Virus record (IMG/VR): IMGVR_UViG_3300007775_000157
Location: 1 to 64,000 of that record
Strand: one strand, 5' to 3'
From: a virus
DNA length: 64,000 nucleotides
The first letter of the stretch is position 1. Every line of letters starts with the position of its first letter. Positions 1 to 10,276 of this stretch are shown here, piece after piece. The notes under the pieces are model-generated. The model ran no database searches. It was not told where the DNA came from and saw only the letters and a list, made by a program, of their open reading frames with translations. The position numbers were made by a program, and so were the translations under genes.

Positions 1-1
1 T

Positions 2-643
2 ATGACTATTTTATACGACGTTGGTGTTGTCGCAAACATTGCTCATAGACATGAAAGATTCAAAAAATTTCTTCAACCATTACTAGAAAGATTAAAGATG
101 TTGGGTCATACATACCAGGCGTTTGGAGATACATTCTGGCAACATACTGGTTTGGATTATAGTGGACCTTTGGTCGGAGATATAAAAAAGATTGCAGACG
201 TGTATTCGTCATCATTAGTTTGTCCAAATATTCATACCGAATCGCAGATATTCCACGAAGCTTTTTTGAACGAAAGATCATTTATGATATCTTTATGCGG
301 TGGCCTACAGGTATCAGACAATATATTGGCCAAAAAATATTTACACAACTCCTGTTTTGTATATCCGAATAATACAGATTTTATTAATGGTGTAATAGAT
401 CAGATTAATAACCCAACTCTACGTGAGAAAAATACAGTAGATAGTGTTTCACATATTGCTGAAAACCACACCTATTTCAATAGATTGTCTTTGATTTTTG
501 ATGTATTAACTATGCGTGATAGCAAGTTAGTATCAGACAAAGAAGGAAAGAGACTGTCACAAAAACATTGCTGGGAAATAGAAACAATGTTAATGGCAGC
601 GGAAAGGGGTATTTCGTATGGCGAAAACATCATCCAAACTTAG
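2..643 (+). CDS. Glycosyltransferase, CgeB/Glyco_trans_1_2-like (probably 5' partial)
   Basis: C-terminal GT-B half: YSSSLVCPNIH...NERSF...LCGGLQVSD and 'ENHTYFNRL' typical of CgeB-like proteins. Confidence 0.65.
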   Translation: MTILYDVGVVANIAHRHERFKKFLQPLLERLKMLGHTYQAFGDTFWQHTGLDYSGPLVGDIKKIADVYSSSLVCPNIHTESQIFHEAFLNERSFMISLCGGLQVSDNILAKKYLHNSCFVYPNNTDFINGVIDQINNPTLREKNTVDSVSHIAENHTYFNRLSLIFDVLTMRDSKLVSDKEGKRLSQKHCWEIETMLMAAERGISYGENIIQT

Positions 644-923
644 AAGTTTTAACAAAAGACTCATCGGTATTACGATGCCTATCAACAGAAAACGAGCGAA
701 ATGGGGCAGAAATTGGTTATGTATTTGTGGTAGTAAGCTTAAATACAAAAATTGTTGTCTTCCAGAAATTGATTCTCTTAAACAGGTTGACAACAACGCA
801 AGAGTTACGCAAGTGCCCTCAGATATTCAAACAATGATAGAGCAATATAAAAAAGCACAAGAAGAAAAGGAAAAAATGGCAAAAGCTAAGAGTAAAGCCG
901 ATGGAGAACAATCTAATGGGTAA
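618..923 (+). CDS. Small SEC-C (SecA-type zinc-binding) motif protein
   Basis: GRNWLCICGSKLKYKNCC matches the SEC-C consensus GRNxxCxCGSxxKYKxCC. Confidence 0.8.
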   Translation: MAKTSSKLRSFNKRLIGITMPINRKRAKWGRNWLCICGSKLKYKNCCLPEIDSLKQVDNNARVTQVPSDIQTMIEQYKKAQEEKEKMAKAKSKADGEQSNG

Positions 924-1968
924 AAAGGCATTTATAACCGGAACCACGGGGCAAGATGGAAGCTATTTATCTGAATTTTTGCTAGATAAAGGATATACTG
1001 TTTACGGTCTTGTTCGTCGATCTTCCACAGGCAGCACTCAAAGAATAGCTCATATTGTCGATCATCCTGAGTTCAATCTGGTAGATGGAGATGTAACAGA
1101 TGCTTCCTGTATGTCTAAGTTGATTTCAGGCATTAAGCCAGACGAAGTATATAATCTAGCGGCAATGAGTCATGTTGGAGATTCTTTCAATCAACCAATG
1201 ACTACCTGTCATATAGACGCAGTAGGGCCTTTAAATATTCTGGAAGCCATCAGACAGAATTCTCCAAGTACAAGGTTCTATCAAGCCAGTACGTCGGAAT
1301 TATTCGGAAATACACCGATGGCACCGCAAGGGGAAGACACCCCATTCTCTCCAGATTCTCCGTATGCGGTAGCTAAATTATACGCTCACCACATGGTAGG
1401 CCTTTATCGTCGTGCTTACGATATTTTCGCTTGTGCTGGCATTTTATTTAATCATGAATCACCTAGACGTGGGGAAGATTTTGTTACCCGTAAGATCACT
1501 AAATATGTAGCGTCTTTGGCGTATTGTATGGATCGTAATTATTCTGGATTTATACCTAAGATCAATATTGATACTCCACCTTTGTATCTGGGAAATTTAA
1601 GTGCCAAAAGAGATTGGTCTCATGCTAAGGATATGGTTCGTGGTATGTGGCTTATGATGCAGCAAGATGAGCCAATGGATTTTGTTCTTGGTTCGGGACA
1701 GACACGAAGTATTAAAGATTTTCTTGAAGTGGCTTTTGGTTGTATTGGTCTAGACTATAACGAATATGTTTTGATTGATCAAAAGTTCTATAGACCAGTG
1801 GATGTTAATTTGTTACAAGCAGATTTCTCTAACGCCAAAAAGATATTGCAATGGTCTCCAGAAATTAGCTTTGAAGAGATGGTAAGACAAATGATTACAA
1901 GTGATTATGATCTATGTGATAGAGAATTTAATTTTAAGAACAAGGGAGCGGTAAAGTGCCGAGATTAG
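916..1968 (+). CDS. gmd: GDP-mannose 4,6-dehydratase
   Basis: AFITGTTGQDGSYL, PDEVYNLAAMSHV, FYQASTSELFG, SPYAVAK, GILFNHESPRRG, RDWSHAKD; start moved to ATG 916 after GGAG. Confidence 0.96.
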   Translation: MGKKAFITGTTGQDGSYLSEFLLDKGYTVYGLVRRSSTGSTQRIAHIVDHPEFNLVDGDVTDASCMSKLISGIKPDEVYNLAAMSHVGDSFNQPMTTCHIDAVGPLNILEAIRQNSPSTRFYQASTSELFGNTPMAPQGEDTPFSPDSPYAVAKLYAHHMVGLYRRAYDIFACAGILFNHESPRRGEDFVTRKITKYVASLAYCMDRNYSGFIPKINIDTPPLYLGNLSAKRDWSHAKDMVRGMWLMMQQDEPMDFVLGSGQTRSIKDFLEVAFGCIGLDYNEYVLIDQKFYRPVDVNLLQADFSNAKKILQWSPEISFEEMVRQMITSDYDLCDREFNFKNKGAVKCRD

Positions 1969-2465
1969 TTTTACCAACTTATACCGTAATCAGAGATACC
2001 AGGGAACACGAAGGGCATGGATGGACATTCACCAAGCATCATCCAGATAGGAGGCCTCCCAACTGCAATGGAACGATAATAGATAAGTTAGACACAGGAG
2101 ATTATAGTCTCGTTGGATACCAAGACATATTGGCCATTGAGAGAAAAATGGGATTCTCAGAAATATGGGCTAATTATAGTTCTGCCAAAAGACAGGCTTT
2201 CGAGCGTGAGATGGATAGGATGTCAAAAATCAAACACAAATATATCATCATTGAATCTTCTTTTAATTCCGATGTTTTTGAACTATCACCTCCACAGTTT
2301 TCAAAGGGTGTTCCTGGAAAAGCGATGGTTAGATGGCTTATGTTTCTCTCTGCAAAATATGGCGTCAATATTATTCCGGCTGGTGACTGCGGACAGAGAG
2401 TAGCACAAATGATAATAGAAGAAGTAGTAAGGACAGAAAAGGATAGATGGGTAGAAAAATCTTAA
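1956..2465 (+). CDS. ERCC4/XPF-family endonuclease
   Basis: DTRE...LDTGDY...AIERK motifs of the ERCC4 nuclease domain. Confidence 0.85.
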   Translation: MPRLVLPTYTVIRDTREHEGHGWTFTKHHPDRRPPNCNGTIIDKLDTGDYSLVGYQDILAIERKMGFSEIWANYSSAKRQAFEREMDRMSKIKHKYIIIESSFNSDVFELSPPQFSKGVPGKAMVRWLMFLSAKYGVNIIPAGDCGQRVAQMIIEEVVRTEKDRWVEKS

Positions 2466-2485
2466 TTTTTATTGGAGATATTTAA

Positions 2486-4588
2486 TTGGTTGAAAATAAT
2501 ACAAGTCTACAAGAGCTTCTTTATGGAGACCAAGGTCTATATGGACATCTGTTCCCTTTCAGGGATAGAGTGCCAAAAATAGAGGATCATATCTTCACGA
2601 ATCTTACTCAGTCAGACCAAAAGATAGATGAACTTGTCATTGATCGTATGTTGGACATCGATTATATAGGATGGACAACCAAAGAGATTTTAAACATAGA
2701 CCTTTTCCCATTGCAAATAGCTATGTTGCAGATGATATGGAATACTCCTTTTCCGATGTTGGTTGCATGTCGTGGTGGTGGTAAATCTTATATACTCGCG
2801 GTATATGCTGTACTGAGAGCGCTTTTAGACCCAGGAACAAAAATCGTCATAGTCGGAGCCGGTTTAAGACAAGCCAAACTTGTTTTCAATTATATAGATA
2901 CTATTTGGAATAATGCTCCTGTGCTTAGAAATATTGTCGGTGGTGGGAAGAAAGCAGGACCGAGACAGAATGTAGATTTGTGCTATTTCAAGGTTGGAAA
3001 TAGTATAATATACGCACTGCCGATGGGAGATGGCACGAAGATTAGAGGTTTCCGTGCGAACGTAGTTATTGCTGACGAGTTCGCTAGTATCCCAGAAGAT
3101 GTTTTTGACATAGTCGTTCGTGGTTTTGCTGCAACAGCCAAAACCCCAATGGAAGAAGCAAAAAAAATAGCTTTTGATAAGTATCTGTCTAAATTAGACA
3201 TTCCCAATGACGTTAAAAAAGAACTGACTAAAGATGATAAGAAGATGCATGGAAACCAGATAGTTTATTCTGGTACTGCATATTATGCCTTTAATCATTT
3301 CTCCAAAAAATACCAGATGTGGTTAGATATCATAAAAAGCAAGGGTAGACCAGATAAGGTTGCACAAATATTTGGTGGGGAAAATTTAATCCCCGAAGGA
3401 TTCAATTACAAAGATTATTGTATAATAAGAATACCTCATACGCATTTGCCAGATGGATTACTAGACCAAAGACAGTTATCTCATGCGAAGGCTACTCTGC
3501 CAAGAAACATATATTTAATGGAATACGGAGCGGTGTTCGTTAAGGATTCGGATGGTTTTTATCCAAGAAGTCTAATAGAGGGGTGTACTGTTGGTCCCGG
3601 AAAGCCAATCTACACACCAGATGGCGAAGTTACGTTTTCTCCTGCCATGAAAGGGTCTAATGGTCCTAAGTATGTAATTGGTGTAGACCCAGCAGCCGAA
3701 AGAGATAATTTAGCAGTAATTGTGATAGAGGTTTGGCCAAACCATTATAGAATTGTTTATTGTTGGGCTGTCAACAAGAAAGAATTTATTAAAAGAAAAA
3801 AGGCTGGCTTGATTATTCAGGACGATTATTATGAGTATTGCTGTGCTAGACTCAGGGAAATCACCAGATTATTTAATCCCATTCGCATAGAGATGGATAG
3901 TCAAGGTGGTGGTTATGCTGTTTCTGAAATGCTAAGAAACAAGAAACTACTAAAACAAGATGAAGGAGATTTTCCTATCTATGAAATTATCGAGTTTGAT
4001 AATCCAAAAGCGACAGACGGAGAAACAGACGGTAGACATATACTTCATTTGGTTCAACAAAGCACTGAATACAACCAAAATGCAAATATTGCACTCCATA
4101 AAAGCCTTGAGACTCGCTCTTTATTGTTCCCTGCATTTGATAGCGTTAAAATGTATTCTGCACTTGAACTAGAGAAATCTTTAGGAATTCAGTGTGACAC
4201 ATACGAAGAGAATGTGTTCAATATAGAAGAACTCAAAAATGAACTTTGTACCATTCAGATGAGCGAGACATCGACAGGGAAGGAAAGATTTGACACGCCA
4301 CAAGTTGTCAGCCCTGGGGCTGTAGAAGGAAGAAAAAAGAAGGGCAGGCTTCGCAAAGATAGATATACCTCACTTTTGCTAGCACATAAGTTTGTTTATG
4401 ACTCAGACATAGCTCCTACAAATGATATAGATTATGACAATGTTGCTGGGAACATAGAGAAAAGATCAAAACCAGGAAAGGACGAACCGATGTATCGTGG
4501 TCCTGGTATCGGCAGGATGAGGAATGCCGGTTCGATAAAAACTGGGGGTAATTTTGGCGCTGTCAAAAAGGGTCAGAGGATCAGATAA
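2486..4588 (+). CDS. terL: Terminase large subunit
   Basis: Walker A ACRGGGKS, IRGFRANVVIADEF Walker B, RNase H-like YVIGVDPA and terminal KDRY; followed by portal. Confidence 0.92.
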   Translation: MVENNTSLQELLYGDQGLYGHLFPFRDRVPKIEDHIFTNLTQSDQKIDELVIDRMLDIDYIGWTTKEILNIDLFPLQIAMLQMIWNTPFPMLVACRGGGKSYILAVYAVLRALLDPGTKIVIVGAGLRQAKLVFNYIDTIWNNAPVLRNIVGGGKKAGPRQNVDLCYFKVGNSIIYALPMGDGTKIRGFRANVVIADEFASIPEDVFDIVVRGFAATAKTPMEEAKKIAFDKYLSKLDIPNDVKKELTKDDKKMHGNQIVYSGTAYYAFNHFSKKYQMWLDIIKSKGRPDKVAQIFGGENLIPEGFNYKDYCIIRIPHTHLPDGLLDQRQLSHAKATLPRNIYLMEYGAVFVKDSDGFYPRSLIEGCTVGPGKPIYTPDGEVTFSPAMKGSNGPKYVIGVDPAAERDNLAVIVIEVWPNHYRIVYCWAVNKKEFIKRKKAGLIIQDDYYEYCCARLREITRLFNPIRIEMDSQGGGYAVSEMLRNKKLLKQDEGDFPIYEIIEFDNPKATDGETDGRHILHLVQQSTEYNQNANIALHKSLETRSLLFPAFDSVKMYSALELEKSLGIQCDTYEENVFNIEELKNELCTIQMSETSTGKERFDTPQVVSPGAVEGRKKKGRLRKDRYTSLLLAHKFVYDSDIAPTNDIDYDNVAGNIEKRSKPGKDEPMYRGPGIGRMRNAGSIKTGGNFGAVKKGQRIR

Positions 4589-4589
4589 G

Positions 4590-4600
4590 TGGTGTATAAT
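4590..4600 (+). promoter_or_regulatory. Putative late promoter motif TGGTGTATAAT
   Basis: Recurring intergenic GTGTATAA motif, directly upstream of portal. Confidence 0.7.
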
Positions 4601-4648
4601 TAATTTGATTGCATTTATATTGTAATTTAATTGTATTTGGGGGATCAC

Positions 4649-6778
4649 ATGGCTGAAGGAAATAAGAAAAGCGACACAGTAAAAGATAAACCCACAGAAA
4701 ATCTATACACGACAGGGAAACAAAATATTGCTAAACATCAGCTTTCACCTGTATGTCATACCAATCATGGTCTGTCACACAGAACAGTCGCTGCCGATGT
4801 AAATAGTAGGGCAGGATTTAATAAGTTCGACAAAGACAACAAGAGGCCAGATGATAGAATTCCAACAGATCACGCAGACATAATAGCCGCTTGTCAAGCT
4901 GTTTATAGAAGAGTTGGTATGGTTAGGAATATTATCGATTTAATGACCGACTTTGCTGCCGAAGGTCTGGAATTGCAACACACAGTCAAGACGCAAGAAA
5001 AATTTTATAGAGAATGGGCAAAAAGAGTCAATCTTCAGGGCAGGGCACATGACTTTATGAAACTTTTGATGAGAGATGCTAATGTTATTGTCAGAAGAAA
5101 GAATGCAAAAATTAGCAGACCAGTTTTTAGGGAAATGACAAAAGGTGATGTAAAAATATCTGTAGACCTTGTGGATGAGACTCGTTATAACGAATCTCCA
5201 ACCAAGGTGAAAGTAGATCGTAACAAAATCAAAAAGAATGAGATACCATGGAAATACACCTTTTTATCTCCGACCTTAATAGAGAAAATAGGTGGGGAAG
5301 TTGGTAAGTTTTTCGGAGCAGATGCGCTTGGGATGAGACTGCCGAGAAAATTGGCCACAAGAATAGCTAATCCAAGAACTGATGCCGAAAAAGAATACAT
5401 TTCACAGTTGCCAAAAGAAGTTGTACAAGCGGCCAAAAGTGGGTCAACTTTAATTCGTCTTTCTATGGATAAAATCTATGTAGATTATTATAAGAAAGAC
5501 GACTGGGAAGACTGGGGGACTCCTTTCCTCTATGGAGTACTAGAAGACGTGATGCTGAAAGAAAAAATGCGGCTAGCAGATATGGCCGCATTAGACGGGG
5601 TTATCAATGTTATTCGTTTATGGAAACTTGGCAAGTCAGATCAGCAGATTTTACCTACCTCGGCGGCTGTGGATAAATTGATTGGTATTCTTCAGAACAA
5701 TGTCGGTGGCGGTGTTATGGATTTGGTCTGGGACGATATGATTGACCTTCAAGTAGAATATCCTCCTACAGATAAAATCCTTGGAGAAAAGAAATATATC
5801 GGCGTTAATGCAGATATCGTGAGAGGGCTAGGTATACCAGACTCACTCATCGGCGGTCAAGACCTTGGTACTAGAAATGCTCAGTCTGCCTTCGTACAAC
5901 TCAAGACATTGGTAGAAAGACTTGAATATGTGAGGGGAAGAGCAATCAGGTGGATGGAAGGAGAACTCAAATTGGTCGCCAAGGCAATGGGGTTTAAGAA
6001 AATTCCAGCCATCAATTTTGGTATCATGTCTCTTAGAGACGAGGCGGCAGAAAAGCAACTTATGATACAACTTCTTGATAGAGGCATCATCTCAGCAGAG
6101 AAGGCTTCTGAAACTTTTGGGACGAACTATATGATAGAACTAGAACGACTTAAAAGCGAGCAAGATATCAGAAATGGCAGTCCTGGTCTTTTAGAAAAGG
6201 CTGGACCTTATTATCGTCCAATTTCTGTTATGGAAAAACAATCAGAACTTGCAATAGAACTAGAAAGGGTAAAACAAAATCTCTCCAGTGGCCCAAGTTC
6301 GCAAGACGGCAATGGTGGTGGATCGAATCCTATAGGAGACCAACCAAAGAATGACGGGAACAATCCCTCTGGAAGACCACCTTCGACGAAAGATACAAAT
6401 CCAAGAGACACAAGAACGTCCAAGACCTTGTCTGTCTTGCATGTTGTAGCAGATAATTTTATGTCTAAGATTGACAATTTGTTTGATGTTGCATATTTGA
6501 ATCAAAATAATGCGAAAAACATAAGATCGTTGACAAAAGGCCAGAAAACCGAATTGGAAGGTATTAAGAGAAGCGTGATGTCTACTCTTAGAATTGGTGA
6601 TACAGTAGATATGGATATTATCAAGGACAAGATCGTGAATGACAAAACCTCTGCCAAGAAAATGAACAATATTTTCAATCAACTTTTGGACGATTTTACT
6701 AAGTCGACTAATCAATTACCAACGACGAGAGATAGACGTATTTTGACAAATTTGGCATGGATTTATCTTGTGAGCTAG
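4649..6778 (+). CDS. Portal protein
   Basis: Follows terminase, ~700 aa; VRNIIDLMTDFA, 'DWEDWGTPFL', RGLGIP; low-complexity C-terminal linker ending GRPP; ATG 4649 preferred to TTG 4631. Confidence 0.8.
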   Translation: MAEGNKKSDTVKDKPTENLYTTGKQNIAKHQLSPVCHTNHGLSHRTVAADVNSRAGFNKFDKDNKRPDDRIPTDHADIIAACQAVYRRVGMVRNIIDLMTDFAAEGLELQHTVKTQEKFYREWAKRVNLQGRAHDFMKLLMRDANVIVRRKNAKISRPVFREMTKGDVKISVDLVDETRYNESPTKVKVDRNKIKKNEIPWKYTFLSPTLIEKIGGEVGKFFGADALGMRLPRKLATRIANPRTDAEKEYISQLPKEVVQAAKSGSTLIRLSMDKIYVDYYKKDDWEDWGTPFLYGVLEDVMLKEKMRLADMAALDGVINVIRLWKLGKSDQQILPTSAAVDKLIGILQNNVGGGVMDLVWDDMIDLQVEYPPTDKILGEKKYIGVNADIVRGLGIPDSLIGGQDLGTRNAQSAFVQLKTLVERLEYVRGRAIRWMEGELKLVAKAMGFKKIPAINFGIMSLRDEAAEKQLMIQLLDRGIISAEKASETFGTNYMIELERLKSEQDIRNGSPGLLEKAGPYYRPISVMEKQSELAIELERVKQNLSSGPSSQDGNGGGSNPIGDQPKNDGNNPSGRPPSTKDTNPRDTRTSKTLSVLHVVADNFMSKIDNLFDVAYLNQNNAKNIRSLTKGQKTELEGIKRSVMSTLRIGDTVDMDIIKDKIVNDKTSAKKMNNIFNQLLDDFTKSTNQLPTTRDRRILTNLAWIYLVS

Positions 6779-6788
6779 GTGGTACGTT

Positions 6789-7172
6789 ATGAATTTTGAT
6801 GAATTTTTTCAGGTTTTAGGTTCGTACGGAGACAGAAGTTTCCCAGATGCAGCTTTCATCGTAGAGGTAGGCGCAGAAAAAGACAAGAATGGAAAGACGT
6901 TACAAAAGTATAGACATTTACCACATCACACTAAAAACGCAAAGTCTCCAACAGAAAATTCTAGCGTAGATATACCTCACCTCAGAAATGCGCTTGCTAG
7001 AGTTGGGCAAGTTAGTCCGGTCAAAGAAGGTTCGCAGAAGTTTAGAAAAAGAGCCCTGTCACACTTGCAGGCCCACGCAAGAAAACTCCTAGATACGTAT
7101 AAATCGAAAGCATCTTTGTCTCCAGAAGAGAAGGATTTTATTGTTTTTTACAAATCTTTTGAGGAAAAATAA
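6789..7172 (+). CDS. Head-morphogenesis-region hypothetical protein (RHLPHH...HLRNALAR motif)
   Basis: Motif recalled from phage head modules; lies between portal and protease. Confidence 0.5.
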   Translation: MNFDEFFQVLGSYGDRSFPDAAFIVEVGAEKDKNGKTLQKYRHLPHHTKNAKSPTENSSVDIPHLRNALARVGQVSPVKEGSQKFRKRALSHLQAHARKLLDTYKSKASLSPEEKDFIVFYKSFEEK

Positions 7173-7811
7173 ATGACACATTTTGATTTTGATCGTTGTG
7201 ACAAATATATGTATTTTGCGTCTAATTTTTTACCAGATAATCCTGTAATAGTAGAGGTTGGTTCTATTCATGGGGCTCATGGTGTTAAGTTGTGGAATAG
7301 ATTTAATGGACGCCTTAAGATGATTGCATATGAGGCTGGTTCTAAGAACTACAACACGCTCGTAGACGGCGTAAAGAAATCGTGCTTACCTATTATTACT
7401 CATAATGCTGCTGTGTCTGGTAAAGATGGTTTTGTAGACTTCTTTGAATTTCAAGAAATTTCCTCTAACAGTATCTTTCCCCGGCATAAGACAGAGGGAA
7501 GAAACTTGGCTGCGATCAATCGTATCAAGTCTGTCAGTCTTAAGACTATTATGGCAGATAATGATTGCGATAAAATAGATTTGCTATTTCTTAACTGCGA
7601 AGGTGCAGAATTAAGTATTCTCTCTGGGGTTTTAGAGGATTCAAATTTAAGAGACAAAATGAATCAACTTTGTGTATCTTTTCACGGGGGTAGAGTATAT
7701 CCACAGCAAGATACATTGGATATGGTAAATAGAATGTCAGAATTTTTTTGGGTTGTTGAAGAAGAAAATGATTGGCCGTGTCATCTTTTCATCAAGAAGA
7801 CACCAAAATAA
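7173..7811 (+). CDS. FkbM-family SAM methyltransferase
   Basis: IVEVGSIHG, IAYEA, HNAAVS, IDLLFLNCEGAE. Confidence 0.85.
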   Translation: MTHFDFDRCDKYMYFASNFLPDNPVIVEVGSIHGAHGVKLWNRFNGRLKMIAYEAGSKNYNTLVDGVKKSCLPIITHNAAVSGKDGFVDFFEFQEISSNSIFPRHKTEGRNLAAINRIKSVSLKTIMADNDCDKIDLLFLNCEGAELSILSGVLEDSNLRDKMNQLCVSFHGGRVYPQQDTLDMVNRMSEFFWVVEEENDWPCHLFIKKTPK

Positions 7812-7823
7812 CTGGAGGTTTTT

Positions 7824-8150
7824 ATGGCTACTGTAAATGTATCGCTGGACACCAAAACAAGACAGATGGTCCTCGTCGTAGATGGCATGATTGTCCCATT
7901 CAAAAATATGAATATGGGGAAATATGTGAATTACGACGGAGTAGAAGAAGCGTATTTTGAGTATACGACAGAGGTCAAGAATTCAGAAGGTTTCGTAGAA
8001 AACAGAAGATTTTATCTTCCTTCTATCGAGACTGGAGACTCAGTGTCTAATGCGAAGATTGACGAAAGGGGCCTTGCTTCTGCTAGTGTTAGAAATGACA
8101 CAAAAGTTGCTGCTGACATGATTACATTCTTTAAGAATCGTCATAAATAG
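7824..8150 (+). CDS. Hypothetical protein
   Basis: GGAGG RBS, operon position. Confidence 0.6.
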   Translation: MATVNVSLDTKTRQMVLVVDGMIVPFKNMNMGKYVNYDGVEEAYFEYTTEVKNSEGFVENRRFYLPSIETGDSVSNAKIDERGLASASVRNDTKVAADMITFFKNRHK

Positions 8151-8262
8151 ATATATATCCTGTAATATATTTAATTATCTCTCTAACTATATGGGTTAAA
8201 AAATTCATTTACACATGAAAGGTCTTTTATTATGTTGCTTTTCTCGTACTTTAGATTAATCA

Positions 8263-8272
8263 TTGTGTATAA
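8263..8272 (+). promoter_or_regulatory. Putative late promoter motif TTGTGTATAA
   Basis: Same motif, upstream of protease/scaffold. Confidence 0.65.
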
Positions 8273-8292
8273 CAAACTGATGGAGGTATACT

Positions 8293-9768
8293 GTGCATAT
8301 ATATAAGGCAGAAAAAGAAGCCGGTATAGATTTCCAGACCAATAAGTCTGGTAGTTCTGCTGCTTTAATTACTTCTAAAGCTCAGGTGTGCAATTTAGAC
8401 AAATATGTCGGAGATATTTGCATAGACTCTTTGCTGTCGTCAAAATCAACCATAAACAACATAGAAGAGCTAATAGGACAAGATCAACCCGATCTAGCTC
8501 TTGTGGTCTCAATACTTGTTAGTACTGGATGGAATGATAATGACGATTTTTTTGCTCCAGCAGAAGTTTGGAAAGCCAAGACAACTCCGATACACAAGCC
8601 AATGAACGACGGCCATAAAGCCAATAAAATTCTGGGACATATTGTTAAGTCACGAGTATTAGATAAAGACGGTAATGAGATCGATTCATCTGCCCCAGAA
8701 ATCTCTGTTGATGAATTTGACATAGAAGTTGCTGGAGTCTTATATAGGGCATTTCCAGAAATATCCGACAGAATAGAAGAAATCATTTCTAAGGCGAATA
8801 CTGGAGAAATGTTCGTTTCTATGGAAGCGTGGTTTCCTGATTTTGCTTATGCAGTTTTGGACGAAAAGACTGGTCAGACAAAATTCATCGAAAGAACAGA
8901 AGCAACGGCGTTTTTGACGAAACACCTTAGAGCGTATGGCGGAAGTGGAAATTATCAAAATTACAAACTAGGAAGAGTTCTTAAGAATATAATTTTTGGT
9001 GGTTTGGGATTTACTGATCAACCAGCAAATCCAGAATCAGTGATAAAGGTAGCAGCAACTAAAAAGTTGACTACTGAAGAATTTGTGGGTGCTGAGTTAT
9101 CCGAAATAACGGAAGGAGGTGTAGAGGAAATGGACGAGAATCAAGTAAAAGAACTTCAAACTCAATTGGAGGCTGTTAAGGCTGATTTGAAGGTAAAAGA
9201 ACAGGAGGTGTCCGATCTACAAAGTGAGGCCAAGGAAGCAAAAGAAAAGGATTATGAAGGAAAGATTTCTACCTTGGAGGCCGATATCGAAACTTTGAAA
9301 AAGACTGGGGCCGAAGCAGATGAGAAGATTAAAGCTCTCGAAAGTTCTAATAGTGATCTTCAGACTAAACTCGACGAAGCTACTGTGAGAGCAGATAAGA
9401 GCGAGGCTGAATTGACGGAGATTCAAAAGAAGGAGATGGCCAAGAGTCGTTTGGCGAAATTGACTGAAGTTAAGAGCATTGAGGACGAAGAGTCTACTTT
9501 GGCAGAACTTAAAGAAATGTCAGAAGAGACCTTTGCTGTCGTGCTGAAGTATGCTGGCCAAAAAGTTTCAGATGAAACCGATGAGAAAGAGATCGACAAG
9601 TCTAAATCGGAAGAACAGGAACTGAACCAGGCGGAAGCTGCTCTAGACAATGCCGAAGAAGATGGTAGTGATCCAGACTTTAATGCGGACGGAGCAAAAG
9701 AAACCGAAGCCGATAAGTGGCTCGGAATGGCTATCGCTATGTGCGATAAAAACCCAGAAGACGTATAG
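8293..9768 (+). CDS. Prohead protease/scaffold protein
   Basis: N-terminal globular domain (WNDNDDF, PMNDGH, VSMEAW, GLGFTDQPANPES) plus long acidic coiled coil; upstream of decoration and capsid genes. Confidence 0.75.
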   Translation: MHIYKAEKEAGIDFQTNKSGSSAALITSKAQVCNLDKYVGDICIDSLLSSKSTINNIEELIGQDQPDLALVVSILVSTGWNDNDDFFAPAEVWKAKTTPIHKPMNDGHKANKILGHIVKSRVLDKDGNEIDSSAPEISVDEFDIEVAGVLYRAFPEISDRIEEIISKANTGEMFVSMEAWFPDFAYAVLDEKTGQTKFIERTEATAFLTKHLRAYGGSGNYQNYKLGRVLKNIIFGGLGFTDQPANPESVIKVAATKKLTTEEFVGAELSEITEGGVEEMDENQVKELQTQLEAVKADLKVKEQEVSDLQSEAKEAKEKDYEGKISTLEADIETLKKTGAEADEKIKALESSNSDLQTKLDEATVRADKSEAELTEIQKKEMAKSRLAKLTEVKSIEDEESTLAELKEMSEETFAVVLKYAGQKVSDETDEKEIDKSKSEEQELNQAEAALDNAEEDGSDPDFNADGAKETEADKWLGMAIAMCDKNPEDV

Positions 9769-9796
9769 AAAAGAAAGATAAAGGAGGTGAATAGGG

Positions 9797-10276
9797 ATGG
9801 CTTTAAAACCAGATCGTGAATATAACGAAACGACCGATATTACGAATTTTTGGACTACCGCTGCCGCTGAAAAAGGTGGTTGCGCCAGTGTCGTAACTCA
9901 AGGTTCTGGAGCGGCAATTGGTGTTAATATCACCGATGAGCCAAACGTGGTTGGATATGTTGCCAATCCTTCTGGCGCTATAGCTAAGGGGATTTTGGTT
10001 CAGACTGTTTCGGCAGCTTTGAGCGCAACGAGAGATTTCGTTAACTACGAGAACCAAGAAATTAGACCAGGTGATAAGTGTACCCTAATTAAGAGGGGTT
10101 TTGTTGTAACGGATATGATTCCAACAGGCGTATCACCAACTGCTGGTGCGGCTGCATATCTCGCTGCAAGTGGTATGATTAGTTCTACGCAAGCAACTGG
10201 TGCTCCACAGATTGGTCGTTTTGAGACCACAAAGGATGCAAATGGGTTTGCTAGAGTATCTATTGATATAGGATAA
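9797..10276 (+). CDS. Capsid decoration/cement protein
   Basis: 159 aa Gly/Ala/Thr-rich beta protein immediately before major capsid; AGGAGGT RBS. Confidence 0.7.
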   Translation: MALKPDREYNETTDITNFWTTAAAEKGGCASVVTQGSGAAIGVNITDEPNVVGYVANPSGAIAKGILVQTVSAALSATRDFVNYENQEIRPGDKCTLIKRGFVVTDMIPTGVSPTAGAAAYLAASGMISSTQATGAPQIGRFETTKDANGFARVSIDIG

